From the NCBI GenBank assembly GCA_025060455.1, contig JANXBY010000009.1, forward strand, positions 50,003-114,002: a stretch of DNA of 64,000 nucleotides, read 5' to 3'. A program made the translations under genes and the position numbers. This document shows positions 39,841-49,576 of this stretch, in pieces; position 1 is the stretch's first letter, and each line of letters starts with the position of its first letter. This DNA comes from Armatimonadota bacterium. Lineage in GTDB: Bacteria > Sysuimicrobiota > Sysuimicrobiia > Sysuimicrobiales > Sysuimicrobiaceae. The notes under the pieces were generated by a model. It had not been told where the DNA came from. It did not search any database and saw only the letters and a list, made by a program, of their open reading frames with translations.

Positions 39841-41682
39841 ATGACGCGACGGGAATCGGCTCCGAGAGAACCTCGGGAGGTGGTTGACGAGAGCGTCTGG
39901 CGGTGGGCGCGGGAACTGTCGGTTTCCCGGCGACGGTTTCTTCAGATGTTGGTCGCGGTGGGGCCAGCGCTCTTGATCAACGCTCCAACACCAGCCAGGG
40001 CACAGACGGCTGGCCGTGAGGGAGCTCGTGGAGCCGTACGGATGGTCGACCAGCCTCCAGAGGTTCTGCTCATCAATGCGCGCATTTGGACCGGTTCCCG
40101 GACCATGCCGTGGGCCGAGGCACTGGCGGTGCGCGGAGATCGGGTCTTAGCGGTGGGGCGGGCGAGCAGCGTCCGGTTGCTCGTCAGCCGCAAGTCCACG
40201 GTCATCGATGCCAAAGGTCGGGTAGTCATTCCGGGACTCAACGACGCCCATATCCACACGCTTCGGGAGGGCGTAATCTGGCGCGACCAGACCCGCTGGG
40301 ACGACGTTTCGTCCCTTGGAGAGGCCCTGGAGCGGATCCGGGGGCGTGCTCGCCAGACCCCTCCGGGCACCTGGATCTGGAACATCGGAGGTTGGCATCC
40401 GAATCAGTTCCAAGAGCGGCGCTTCCCCACCCGAGAGGAGCTTGACGCGGCAGCTCCCCAGCACCCTGTGTACGTTCAGTACCGAACGGGCCCAGCGGTC
40501 GTGAACAGCGTGGCGCTCCAATTGGCCCGGATCGGCCCGGAGACGCCCGATCCCCCGGGGGGACGGATCGAGCGCGTGCCAGGGTCGAGGGAACCCAATG
40601 GGGTTCTTCATGGGGCGGCCATGGGCCTAGTGCGACGCCTGATCCCGAGGCCGTCCTTGGAGGGGCAGCTGGAAGGCCTCAAGAGGCAACATCAGGCTTT
40701 GAACCGCTTGGGGCTGACGAGCGTGATCGACGAACCCGGGACCGACACGACACCCGACCTGATGTATCCCGCCATCCACGAGCTTTGGCGCCGCGGTGAG
40801 ATGACGCTTCGGGTCGGATATCATTTGCATTCCCCAAGCCCGGCGGTCGACGAGGTGCCGTTTACGGCTCAGCTGGTGGCTTTTCGGCACCATTACGAGG
40901 GAGACAGCTGGCTACGGTTTTTGGGGAGCGGCGAGGTTCTAACGTGGGAGGCTTGGGACCCTGGCTTCGTGCCACCGCTCCGCCGGGACCCGAAGACCAT
41001 GGAGCGGTGGCAGCAAGTGGTCCGTCTTCTGCTGAAGCACCGCATGCGGTTCAGCTACCACGCGGTGCACGACGAGACCATCACGCAGGCCCTGCGTTTT
41101 TTGGAGGAGGTCGCCCGGGAGGTTCCGCTGGCGCCTCTCCGGATCACGTTCGAGCACGTAGAGGACTTGTCTGAGGAGAACATCCGGCGGGCGGTTCGTC
41201 TGGGGATTGGATTCGGCGTGCAGAACCGGCTGAGCTGGGACACCCCGGACTTGCTCCGCAACTGGGGTCAGGAGAAGGCGGGCCATGCACCGCCGTTGCG
41301 GCTGTTACTGGCGCACGGGGCACGTGTGGCTGCGGGGACGGACGCGATCCGGGTGAACAACTACAACCCGTGGATGTCACTTTACTGGTTCGTGACCGGG
41401 AGGGACATCACGGGGCAGGCCACGCGGGTTCGGGCTCATCTGCTCACGCGAGCCGAAGCACTGCGGTTGTACACAGCCGGAGGTGCTTGGGTATCGGGCG
41501 AGGAGCAGGTGAAGGGGATTTTGGCGCCGGGGTACTTGGCGGACTTGGCGGTGCTCTCCGATGACTACTTCACCGTGCGGGAGTCGGAGATTCCGCGAAT
41601 TCGGTCGGTCCTGACGATGGTTGGGGGAAAGATCGTCTATGTGGACGAGCGGGCGGACGTGGACGTGGCGCGCCGCAGCTAA
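39841..41682 (+). CDS. Amidohydrolase-family metal-dependent hydrolase with a Tat signal
   Basis: Twin-arginine motif 'SRRRFLQMLVAVG' followed by 'ARA'; 'GLNDAHIH' metal-binding HxH; C-terminal 'GTDA' Asp motif. Confidence 0.75.
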   Translation: MTRRESAPREPREVVDESVWRWARELSVSRRRFLQMLVAVGPALLINAPTPARAQTAGREGARGAVRMVDQPPEVLLINARIWTGSRTMPWAEALAVRGDRVLAVGRASSVRLLVSRKSTVIDAKGRVVIPGLNDAHIHTLREGVIWRDQTRWDDVSSLGEALERIRGRARQTPPGTWIWNIGGWHPNQFQERRFPTREELDAAAPQHPVYVQYRTGPAVVNSVALQLARIGPETPDPPGGRIERVPGSREPNGVLHGAAMGLVRRLIPRPSLEGQLEGLKRQHQALNRLGLTSVIDEPGTDTTPDLMYPAIHELWRRGEMTLRVGYHLHSPSPAVDEVPFTAQLVAFRHHYEGDSWLRFLGSGEVLTWEAWDPGFVPPLRRDPKTMERWQQVVRLLLKHRMRFSYHAVHDETITQALRFLEEVAREVPLAPLRITFEHVEDLSEENIRRAVRLGIGFGVQNRLSWDTPDLLRNWGQEKAGHAPPLRLLLAHGARVAAGTDAIRVNNYNPWMSLYWFVTGRDITGQATRVRAHLLTRAEALRLYTAGGAWVSGEEQVKGILAPGYLADLAVLSDDYFTVRESEIPRIRSVLTMVGGKIVYVDERADVDVARRS

Positions 41683-41766
41683 GCAGATATGGTGATGAGG
41701 CGGGCAACCAGGCGGAATGGTGGGCGTCGCCTGTGCGTGAGAACCGGGCAGGTGAGGTAGCACCTC

Positions 41767-42651
41767 GTGGAACAGGTGGGATTTGTCGGTCTGGGCGCCA
41801 TGGGGGCGGAGATCGTGCCGCGCCTCCTGCGGGCGGGGTACTCCGTGGTTGGCTGGAACCGTACGGAGGCCAAGGCGCGGCCGCTCCTGGAGGCGGGGAT
41901 GCGATGGGCCAACAGTCCCCGCGCGGTGGCGGAGCAGAGCGAGGTGGTGTTCAGCATCGTCACCGACGGCCGCGCGGTCCGGGAGGTGGCGCTGGGGCCG
42001 GAAGGCGTCCTGCAGGGTCTGCCGCCCGGCGGCGTGTACGTGGACATGAGCACCATCGACCCCGACGTGAGCCGGTCGGTGGCGGAGGAGTTTCACAGGG
42101 CGGGGCGCTTCATGCTGGACGCCCCCATCTCGGGAGCACCGCCCACCGTCCGCGAGGGAAAGGCCTCCCTCATGGTGGGAGGGGACCCGGAGGTGTACGA
42201 GCGGGTGCGCCCCGTGCTGCTGGCCATCGGTCCCAAGGTGATGTACGTCGGGCCCAACGGTATGGCGTGTGCCATGAAGCTCGCGGTGAACCTGCTGCTG
42301 ATGGTGGAGGTGATCGCCTTCGGAGAGGCGGTGGCCCTGGCCGAGAAGTACGGGGTGGACCGTGCGGTGGCCGTGGAGGCGATCCTCAACAGCGTGGCCG
42401 CGTCCCCCGTGCTGGCCTACCGAGGGCCGTTCATTCTGGAGGGGAAGATGCCTGAAAGGGCGCTGGCGGATGTCAACCTGCAGCAGAAGGACATGCTCCT
42501 GGTCCTGGATCTGGCCCGCAGGCTCGGTAGCCCCGTGCCCCTGGCCGCAGCGGCCAACGAGATGATGAACGCCTGCCGGGGCCTGGGGCTGGACCACCTG
42601 GACTTCGTGGCCACGCACCGTGTGTACCGGAAGCTGGGAGGTGCGAGCTGA
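41767..42651 (+). CDS. 3-hydroxyisobutyrate-dehydrogenase-family NAD(P) oxidoreductase (paralog of 34311..35198)
   Basis: 'QVGFVGLGAMGAEIVPRLL', 'DAPISGA', 'MKLAVNL'; collinear similarity to the upstream paralog. Confidence 0.8.
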   Translation: MEQVGFVGLGAMGAEIVPRLLRAGYSVVGWNRTEAKARPLLEAGMRWANSPRAVAEQSEVVFSIVTDGRAVREVALGPEGVLQGLPPGGVYVDMSTIDPDVSRSVAEEFHRAGRFMLDAPISGAPPTVREGKASLMVGGDPEVYERVRPVLLAIGPKVMYVGPNGMACAMKLAVNLLLMVEVIAFGEAVALAEKYGVDRAVAVEAILNSVAASPVLAYRGPFILEGKMPERALADVNLQQKDMLLVLDLARRLGSPVPLAAAANEMMNACRGLGLDHLDFVATHRVYRKLGGAS

Positions 42652-42653
42652 GC

Positions 42654-43049
42654 ATGTACCGGACGAACGTACAGCAGGTGGCACCCCGGGGTGGGCTCGG
42701 GCCGGACGGCGGGTGGGTGGACATGGTGGTGCGGTTCCTGGTGGACGAGGTGTCCGCGGGAGCCAAGGACTTCACCCTGGGCTGGACCGTGTTCCCGCCC
42801 GGCGCCCGCCACGAGCGGCACCTGCACCGCCACTGCGACGAATTCTTCGTGATTCTGAAGGGCCACGGAGAGATCTACACGGACACGGGGCGGGAGCCAG
42901 CCGCGGCAGGGGATGTGGTGTACATCCCGCGGGGCGGTTGGCACGGGTTCGTCAACACCGGCACAGAAGACGCGGTGCTGGTGTGGGGCTGGATCGGAGC
43001 GGGGTCCTTGGAGGCCTCGGGGTACGAGGTCGCTCGGGAGCGCACGTAG
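42654..43049 (+). CDS. Cupin-domain protein (possible small metal-dependent dioxygenase)
   Basis: Cupin motif 1 'ARHERHLHRHCDEFFVILKGHG' and motif 2 'GDVVYIPRGGWHGFVN'. Confidence 0.6.
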   Translation: MYRTNVQQVAPRGGLGPDGGWVDMVVRFLVDEVSAGAKDFTLGWTVFPPGARHERHLHRHCDEFFVILKGHGEIYTDTGREPAAAGDVVYIPRGGWHGFVNTGTEDAVLVWGWIGAGSLEASGYEVARERT

Positions 43050-43062
43050 CAGGGGTGGTGAG

Positions 43063-43776
43063 GTGACGAACACCGCTCAGGCCGTGCGGAAGGGCTTGGA
43101 GGTCCTACTGGCAGAGCGTCGGCGGCTGGCCCAGGCCGGGGTGAGACCCGTTGGCTGGAAGGCTGCGTTCGGGTCGGCGCAGGCCAAGCAGCGGCTGGGG
43201 CTCCCTCACATGCTGGTGGGCTTCCTCACCGACCGGACCGTAGTCCCCTCCAGTAGCAGGATCTTCTTGGGTGGGTGGAGGCGCCCTGTGGCGGAACCGG
43301 AGGTGGCGGTGCGGCTGCGCGCGGACGTGGTGCCCGGCAGTCCCTCCAAAGCGGTGGCCGCCGCCGTGGGAGAGGTAGCAGCGGCGCTCGAGCTGGCCGA
43401 CGTGGACCGTCCTCCGGAGGAGGACCTGGAGGCCGTGGTCGCCGGCAACATCTTCCACCGCCACGCGGTGGTGGGAGAGCTGCGGCCGGTCGGATATGCC
43501 GGCAGTCTGTCCGGTTGGAGGGGACGCGTGTTCCGCAACGGTATGGAGCTCGTGGCGGTCGACGACCTGGAGGCGGTCCCAGGGCGCGTGGTGGAGGTGT
43601 TGGCGGAGATGGCCGAAGTCCTGGCGGGGGCAGGCGAACGGCTGCGCGCGGGAGACCTCGTCATCTGCGGCTCCGTGGTGCCCCCTCTGCAGCTGGAGCC
43701 CGGGGATCGGTTGCTGGAGTTCGAGGTCGCTTCCCTGGGCCGGGTGTCCGCCGTTTTGAACTGGTCGGGTCGGTAG
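43063..43776 (+). CDS. 2-keto-4-pentenoate hydratase / MhpD-family (FAH-fold) hydratase
   Basis: About 240 aa; 'GWKAAFGSAQAKQRLGL' and 'GDLVICGS' resemble the MhpD/BphH/AmnF hydratase family. Confidence 0.6.
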   Translation: MTNTAQAVRKGLEVLLAERRRLAQAGVRPVGWKAAFGSAQAKQRLGLPHMLVGFLTDRTVVPSSSRIFLGGWRRPVAEPEVAVRLRADVVPGSPSKAVAAAVGEVAAALELADVDRPPEEDLEAVVAGNIFHRHAVVGELRPVGYAGSLSGWRGRVFRNGMELVAVDDLEAVPGRVVEVLAEMAEVLAGAGERLRAGDLVICGSVVPPLQLEPGDRLLEFEVASLGRVSAVLNWSGR

Positions 43777-43911
43777 GCTTTGGAGGAGCTTGCGGCGGGT
43801 GAGCTGGGGGACACGGTGCCGGAGAGGTCTTCCAGCTCCAGGTCAATACGACGGCGCCGCAGATCTACGTGCGGAAAGGTGAGGGCCAACTAGACGAGGG
43901 GAGGTGATCCC

Positions 43912-45357
43912 GTGGCCACGGTGACGGTCCCCCGGTGGGGCCTGTACATCGACGGGAAGTGGCGGGAGGGACGGCGGCACCTAACCGTCCTGCACAAGTA
44001 CCGACAGGAAGTGATGGCGGAGGTTGCCGAGGCGGATGAAGGCCTCGTGGACGAGGCGGTGCAGGCCGCGCAGCGAGCCCTGGAGGAGCGGCCGCTGTCG
44101 CCGTACCGGCGGTTCGAAATCCTTCGCCGTGCTGCGGACCTGCTCGCCCAGCGCCGGGACGAGTTCGCCCTGACCATCGCCCGGGAAGCCGGCAAGCCTT
44201 TGAAGTACGCGCGGGTGGAAGTGGACCGCGCGGTACAGACCATCTCGCTCAGTGGGGAGGAGGCCAAGCGGATCCACGGCGAGCAGGTCCCGGTGGAGGC
44301 GGCTCCGGGTGCGGAGGGGCGGCTGGCGTTCACCATCCGCGCGCCCGTGGGCGTGGTGTGCGCCATCTCGCCCTTCAACTTCCCCCTCAACCTGGTGGCC
44401 CACAAGGTGGCTCCCGCCCTGGCTGCGGGCAACGCGGTGGTTCTCAAGCCTGCCACCTACACACCCCTCACGAGCCTGCTGCTGGCTCAACTCCTGGAAG
44501 AGGCAGGGCTGCCGCCCGGGTACCTCAACGTGGTGGTGGGCGGCGGCCGCACGGTGGGCGAGGCCCTGCTGCGCCACCCCGGGATCGCCTTGTACACCTT
44601 CACCGGCAGCCCGGAGGTGGGCGAGCGGATCAAGGCAGCCACGGGACTGCGCCGTGTGATCCTGGAGCTGGGGAACAACTCACCCAACATCGTGGCCCAG
44701 GATGCCAACCTGGACCAGGCGGCTCAGCTTCTGGCGCGGTTCGCCTACCTCTACGCGGGGCAGTTCTGCATCTCCGTGCAGCGGATCTACGTGGAGCAGC
44801 CCGCCTACGACGCGTTCCTCGAGAAGTTCGTGGCCGCGGCGCGGGCCATGAAGCTGGGGGATCCCGAGGAAGCCGACACGGACATCGGCCCCATGATTTC
44901 TGAGGACGACGCCCGACGGGTGGAGGCGTGGGTGGACGAGGCGCTGCAGGCGGGGGCCAAACGCGCCCTGGGCGGGCCCCGGCAGGGCGTGCTGTACCCG
45001 GCCACGGTGTTGACCGACGTTCGGCCGGAGATGAAGGTGGTCTGCCAGGAGGTGTTCGGGCCGGTGGCGTCGGTGGTGAGCTGCGCCAGCTTCGAGGAGG
45101 CGCTGGAGCAGGCCAACCAGACCGAGTACGGGTTGCAGGCGGGGGTGTTCACCCGGAACCTCGACCGCGCCCTCAGGGCGGCCCGGACGCTGCGCATGGG
45201 TGGGGTGATCGTGAACGACACCTCCGGCTTCCGCGTGGACCTGATGCCGTACGGGGGGATCAAGCGCAGCGGCATCGGCCGCGAAGGTCCCCGGTACGCC
45301 ATCGAGGAGATGACGGACCTGCGCATCGTGGTGTTGAACAGCGCGGACGGGGGGTAG
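43912..45357 (+). CDS. NAD(P)-dependent aldehyde dehydrogenase
   Basis: 'ISPFNFPLNL', catalytic 'AGQFCISVQR' (Cys), 'ELGNNSP' Glu motif. Confidence 0.85.
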   Translation: MATVTVPRWGLYIDGKWREGRRHLTVLHKYRQEVMAEVAEADEGLVDEAVQAAQRALEERPLSPYRRFEILRRAADLLAQRRDEFALTIAREAGKPLKYARVEVDRAVQTISLSGEEAKRIHGEQVPVEAAPGAEGRLAFTIRAPVGVVCAISPFNFPLNLVAHKVAPALAAGNAVVLKPATYTPLTSLLLAQLLEEAGLPPGYLNVVVGGGRTVGEALLRHPGIALYTFTGSPEVGERIKAATGLRRVILELGNNSPNIVAQDANLDQAAQLLARFAYLYAGQFCISVQRIYVEQPAYDAFLEKFVAAARAMKLGDPEEADTDIGPMISEDDARRVEAWVDEALQAGAKRALGGPRQGVLYPATVLTDVRPEMKVVCQEVFGPVASVVSCASFEEALEQANQTEYGLQAGVFTRNLDRALRAARTLRMGGVIVNDTSGFRVDLMPYGGIKRSGIGREGPRYAIEEMTDLRIVVLNSADGG

Positions 45358-45362
45358 GGACT

Positions 45363-46544
45363 GTGGCGCAGGCGGCCGGGGGTCAGGCGGCGTGGCCGGA
45401 GGACGGCTACCCGCGGTTTTCCGAGGCTGAATTTCTCCGCCGGCGGGCGCAGCTGGCGGAGCTGGCGGGGCGGACGCGGGTGGAGCGGGTGGTGTTGTAC
45501 GGGGCGGGTGGCCACGGGGACGCGGTGCTGTGGCTGACGGGGTGGCCCGTGACCCGGGAGGCTGCGGCGGTGTGGGGCCCCGGTGAGGACGTCAGGCTGT
45601 TCGTCCAGTACCGCAACCACGTGCCCGCGGCCCAACGCGCGGTGGCTCCCGACGTGGAGGTGGCTTGGGGTGGCCCGAAGACCGCCTGGGCGGTGGGGCA
45701 GGAACTGGTGCGGCGGGGTGGCGCCCACCAGCGGGTGGGAGTTGTCGGGCCGTTGCCCGCCGCCGCCTGGCGACACCTGGCGGCTCAGGTGGCGGAAGTC
45801 GTGGATCTCTCGGATGCGTACACGCAGCTGCGGCTGGTGAAGTCGCCGGAGGAGCTGGCGTGGTTGCGGGCGGGTGCGCACCTGACGGATCGGGCCGTCC
45901 GGGCGCTCGAGGAGGCGCTGCAGCCGGGCGCAACGGAGTTCGAACTGGTAGACGCGGTGGAGCGCGCCTACGTTCCCCTGGGCGGCGCGACCCACATCCA
46001 CTTCGTCTCGGTCACCTCCATGCGCGACCCGGACCGCTGTGTCCCCGCTCAGTACCCGTCCGCCCGCCGGGTCAAGGTGGGAGACGTGGTGGTGTGCGAG
46101 GTGAGCGCGGCCTTCTGGGGCTACGCGGGCCAGCTGCTGCGGACGTTCGTGGTGGGCACAGAGCCGGAGCCGCTGTTCGCGGAGCTGCACCGGGTGGCGG
46201 AGAGAGCTTTCGAGGAGGCCTTGAGTGCGCTGAGGGCCGGGGCGCGGGCATCAGAGCTCTTGCGGGTGCTGGACGGCATTCGGAGGGCTGGGTTTGCGGT
46301 CTACGACGACCTGGTCCACGGGTACGGCGGCGGGTATCTGCCGCCGGTCCTGGGGCCGGAGGGGTTTGAAGACCCCGAGGACGGGGATCTCGTCCTGCAG
46401 CCCGGGATGGTCCTGGTGGTGCAGCCCAACGTGGTCACGCCGGACGGCCGCGCCGGAGTGCAGACGGGCGAACTGGTGATGTTGGGGGAAGACGGTGCGG
46501 AGTTCCCCCACGCCTACCCGCGTGGACTGCGCAGGGTCTTGTGA
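45363..46544 (+). CDS. M24-family metallohydrolase (creatinase/Xaa-Pro peptidase-like), second copy
   Basis: Creatinase N-domain plus pita-bread domain; 'HGYGGGYLPPV', 'MVLVVQP'; paralogous to 37269..38606. Confidence 0.7.
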   Translation: MAQAAGGQAAWPEDGYPRFSEAEFLRRRAQLAELAGRTRVERVVLYGAGGHGDAVLWLTGWPVTREAAAVWGPGEDVRLFVQYRNHVPAAQRAVAPDVEVAWGGPKTAWAVGQELVRRGGAHQRVGVVGPLPAAAWRHLAAQVAEVVDLSDAYTQLRLVKSPEELAWLRAGAHLTDRAVRALEEALQPGATEFELVDAVERAYVPLGGATHIHFVSVTSMRDPDRCVPAQYPSARRVKVGDVVVCEVSAAFWGYAGQLLRTFVVGTEPEPLFAELHRVAERAFEEALSALRAGARASELLRVLDGIRRAGFAVYDDLVHGYGGGYLPPVLGPEGFEDPEDGDLVLQPGMVLVVQPNVVTPDGRAGVQTGELVMLGEDGAEFPHAYPRGLRRVL

Positions 46545-46712
46545 AGCCGCGGACGAGGTGCAAGATGCCCAGGCCCCGATCGTCTGACGGACCCGGAGAT
46601 CCGGGGTTTCCTGGAACGGGCTCGCCGGGAGGGAACTCCCAGGCCGAAAGCCAGGCGATTCGGGGCCGTCCAGGCTGGACGGAAGGGACTGGCCTCGGAT
46701 AAGTACGAGGAG

Positions 46713-46994
46713 TTGCTGAACTTCGAGGACTCGGACCGGTTTGTGGAGCGTGAGCAGGTGGCCATGCGGTACACGAGCGCCCTCGTGTGGGAACTGGAGA
46801 TCGCGGACGATGCCATGTCGGCAAAGCTATACGAGCACTTCACGGTACCGGAGATCGTGGAGCTTGGGTTCTTCGTAGCCCTAACCTTTGGTCATCAGCG
46901 CTGCACCAAGGCCCTCGGCATCCGCCACGGCGAGGTCCTCGCGTACACCACCGCGGGGCTGCGGCGGGGTTTCGAAACGGCGGCTCCGCGGTGA
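46713..46994 (+). CDS. Carboxymuconolactone-decarboxylase (AhpD-like) family protein, apparently N-terminally truncated
   Basis: C-terminal CMD core 'RFVEREQVAMRYTSALVWELEIADD...VELGFFVALTFGHQRCTKALGI'. The in-frame upstream stretch back to the stop at 46542 has no ATG/GTG/TTG; a CTG at 46584 or a frameshift is possible. Confidence 0.5.
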   Translation: MLNFEDSDRFVEREQVAMRYTSALVWELEIADDAMSAKLYEHFTVPEIVELGFFVALTFGHQRCTKALGIRHGEVLAYTTAGLRRGFETAAPR

Positions 46995-47980
46995 ACGCGC
47001 TGGACGTGCACGTGCACGTGGTGATCCCCGACCTGCTCGGGGAGGGCCCGTGGCGGGCGCGGCTGGTCCGCGAAGGGGACCGCGCGGTGGTGGAGTGGCG
47101 AGGCCAGCGGGTCTTATCCGCCGTCGGAGCTCTGGCGGACACCAGAGTGTTGCTCGGCGACCTCCGGCGCGCGGGCGTAGACGGCGCGGTGCTGTCCCCC
47201 TGGGTCTCCATGCTGCCACACGAAGAGCCGGACCCGGGGTTGGCGCGTGAGGTGTGCGAGGCGTGGAACGAAGGGCTGTCCCGCGTCTGCGCGGAAAACC
47301 CGGGCCGCGTGTGGGCTTTCGGCGCCGCCCCCTGGCAGGACCCGCCGACGGCTGTCCGGGTGCTCGAACAGCTCCGGCGGCTGCCGGGGCTGGTGGGCGT
47401 GGAGGTCACTGCCACCGTTGCAGGCCGGCTGCTCGGGGACGACGCCTTCGCGCCCGTGTGGGAAGCCGCCGAAGCCCTGGGCCTGGGCGTGTTCGTGCAC
47501 CCCACCGCCCGGGGCCTGGGGATCCCCGCCCTGCAGCAGTACTACCTGTGGAACACCGTGGGCAACCCGGTGGAGACCGCCATGACCGCCGCGCACTTGG
47601 TGATGAGCGGGGTGCTGGAACGGCACCCGCGCCTGGTGGTGGTGCTGGCCCACGGCGGCGGAGCGCTGCCGGCCCTCCGGGGCCGCCTGCGCCACGCGCA
47701 CACCTTCCAGCCGCAGGCCCGCTCGAGGCTGCGGGAGGACGTCGAAACCTCCCTGCGCCGCCTCTACTACGACACGGTGGTACACGACCCCACCCTGCTC
47801 CGGCAGCTGGTGGAGTGGGTGGGCCCGGAACGCGTGGTGTTGGGTTCGGACTACCCCTTCGACATGGGGCTCGCCCGACCTGTGGAGTTCGTGCGGTCGG
47901 CCCAGCTCGCAGGCGAGGCGGAGGCGCGCCTCCTTCGGGGCAACGCGGTGCGGGCTTTGGGACTTGAGGTGCGGACGTGA
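46991..47980 (+). CDS. Amidohydrolase-2 family protein (ACMSD/γ-resorcylate-decarboxylase-like metal-dependent decarboxylase or hydrolase)
   Basis: 'LDVHVHVV' N-terminal HxH; 'VFVHP', 'VLAHGGG', C-terminal 'LGSDYPF' Asp motif characteristic of the ACMSD fold. Confidence 0.75.
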   Translation: MNALDVHVHVVIPDLLGEGPWRARLVREGDRAVVEWRGQRVLSAVGALADTRVLLGDLRRAGVDGAVLSPWVSMLPHEEPDPGLAREVCEAWNEGLSRVCAENPGRVWAFGAAPWQDPPTAVRVLEQLRRLPGLVGVEVTATVAGRLLGDDAFAPVWEAAEALGLGVFVHPTARGLGIPALQQYYLWNTVGNPVETAMTAAHLVMSGVLERHPRLVVVLAHGGGALPALRGRLRHAHTFQPQARSRLREDVETSLRRLYYDTVVHDPTLLRQLVEWVGPERVVLGSDYPFDMGLARPVEFVRSAQLAGEAEARLLRGNAVRALGLEVRT

Positions 47981-49062
47981 GGGAAGGACCGGATGCACGA
48001 ATCCAGGCGGTCGTGCAGAACTGGGCGCCACGGATGATCGCCCAGGGGGTGGACTACAACGACTTCGTGCGGACCACCGCGGCCATTCGCCGGTGGGAAG
48101 ACTGGTTGGACGCGTGGGTGCGGACCGGGGACGTCCACGCGGAGCTGGCGAGGGAAGCGGAGGGGCGGGCTCGGTGGGTCACCGCGGGAGAGGCATGGGT
48201 GCGGGCGGCCCTGTGCTACCACTTTGCCAAGTTCGTCTGGACGGTGGACCCGCAGCGGTACCGGGAAACCACGGTGCGGTCGGTGGAGGCGTTGCGGGCG
48301 GCCCACCGCCACCTGGACCCCATCGCCCGCCGCCTGGAAGTTCCCTTCGAGGGCAAGACCCTGTTCGCCAACCTGCGCAAGCCCCCGGGGGTGGTGCGAC
48401 CCCCGGTGGTCCTGCTGATCCCCGGACTGGACTCCACCAAAGAGGAGTTCTTCCACTGGGAGAACACGTTCCTCTCACGGGGCATGGCCACAGTGTCCGT
48501 GGACGGACCGGGGCAGGGGGAGACGGGCTTCCACACCCACATCCGGCCCGACTACGAGGTGGCGGTGCGGGCGGTGCTGGACCACCTGTCGGCGGCGGAG
48601 CTGGACCTGGACTTGGACCGGGTGGGGGCTGTGGGGGTGAGCCTGGGAGGCTACTACGCCCCCCGCGCGGCGGCCTTCGAGCCCCGGATCCGGGCAGTGG
48701 CGGCCATCGGCGGGCCGTACAACTTCGGGGCCGCGTGGGACCGGTTGCCGGTGCTGACCCGGGAGACATTTCGGTTCCACGTGGGCGCCGCGGACGAGGC
48801 CGAGGCCCGGGAAAAGGCGTTGCAGCTGGACCTGAGGCCGGTTCTTCCGCGCCTCCAGCAGCCTCTGCTGGTGGTCTTTGGCCAGCAGGACGCCCTGTTC
48901 CCGTGGCAGGACGCACAGCGGGTGGCGCACGAAGCGCCGCGGGGGGAGTTCGTCCTGTACCCGGAGGGCAACCACGTGTGCAACAACATCCCGTACAAGT
49001 ACCGGCCCCTCGTGGCGGACTGGATGGCGGAGCGGTTGCGGTCGGCGAAGGGAGGTGAGTGA
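47977..49062 (+). CDS. α/β-hydrolase of the 2,6-dihydroxypseudooxynicotine-hydrolase-like (C–C bond hydrolase / dienelactone hydrolase-like) family
   Basis: Helical N-terminal cap; 'VVLLIPGLDSTKEEF'; nucleophile elbow 'GVSLGGYYA'; C-terminal 'EGNHVC' His. Confidence 0.7.
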   Translation: MREGPDARIQAVVQNWAPRMIAQGVDYNDFVRTTAAIRRWEDWLDAWVRTGDVHAELAREAEGRARWVTAGEAWVRAALCYHFAKFVWTVDPQRYRETTVRSVEALRAAHRHLDPIARRLEVPFEGKTLFANLRKPPGVVRPPVVLLIPGLDSTKEEFFHWENTFLSRGMATVSVDGPGQGETGFHTHIRPDYEVAVRAVLDHLSAAELDLDLDRVGAVGVSLGGYYAPRAAAFEPRIRAVAAIGGPYNFGAAWDRLPVLTRETFRFHVGAADEAEAREKALQLDLRPVLPRLQQPLLVVFGQQDALFPWQDAQRVAHEAPRGEFVLYPEGNHVCNNIPYKYRPLVADWMAERLRSAKGGE

Positions 49063-49065
49063 GTC

Positions 49066-49533
49066 GTGGCGGAGCAGAAGACCCGCGAGATCGCGCACGA
49101 GGGGCTGGCAGACGCCGAGCGGGTCGTGGGACGCGGGCCGGGGTCCAAGGTGTTCCACCTGGAGGACGTCCCGGAGCTTTCGTCGGTTCACGACGGCCGC
49201 CGCAAGCGGGTGCTCCTGAACTCCACGAACACCGGGAGCGAACTGCTGGTGGACGTGGTCACCGTGGCGCCCGGCTCTAGCTCCCCGGTGCACTCCCACC
49301 GGGGCACGGAGCACTTCTTCTACGTGCTGGCCGGCCGCGGCCGGATCCGGATCGGAGACCAGGAGTTCCCACTGCGGGCGGGCTCGGTGGCGTGGGTGGC
49401 GGAAGGGGACACCCACCAGCTCCTTGCGGACCCCGACTCCGAGCTGACGTTCCTGGAGTACTTCTCCCGGGGACGGCACGAAACGGTGTTCCTGGGCCCC
49501 GCGTGCACGTGGCGCCCGGAGGAAGCCCGCTGA
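49066..49533 (+). CDS. Cupin-domain protein
   Basis: 'SPVHSHRGTEHFFYVLAGRG' and 'GSVAWVAEGDTHQL' cupin motifs. Confidence 0.6.
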   Translation: MAEQKTREIAHEGLADAERVVGRGPGSKVFHLEDVPELSSVHDGRRKRVLLNSTNTGSELLVDVVTVAPGSSSPVHSHRGTEHFFYVLAGRGRIRIGDQEFPLRAGSVAWVAEGDTHQLLADPDSELTFLEYFSRGRHETVFLGPACTWRPEEAR

Positions 49534-49576
49534 GTATACTGGTGCCTGTGTTCCAGTCTGTTTCGGTGAGGAGGGC

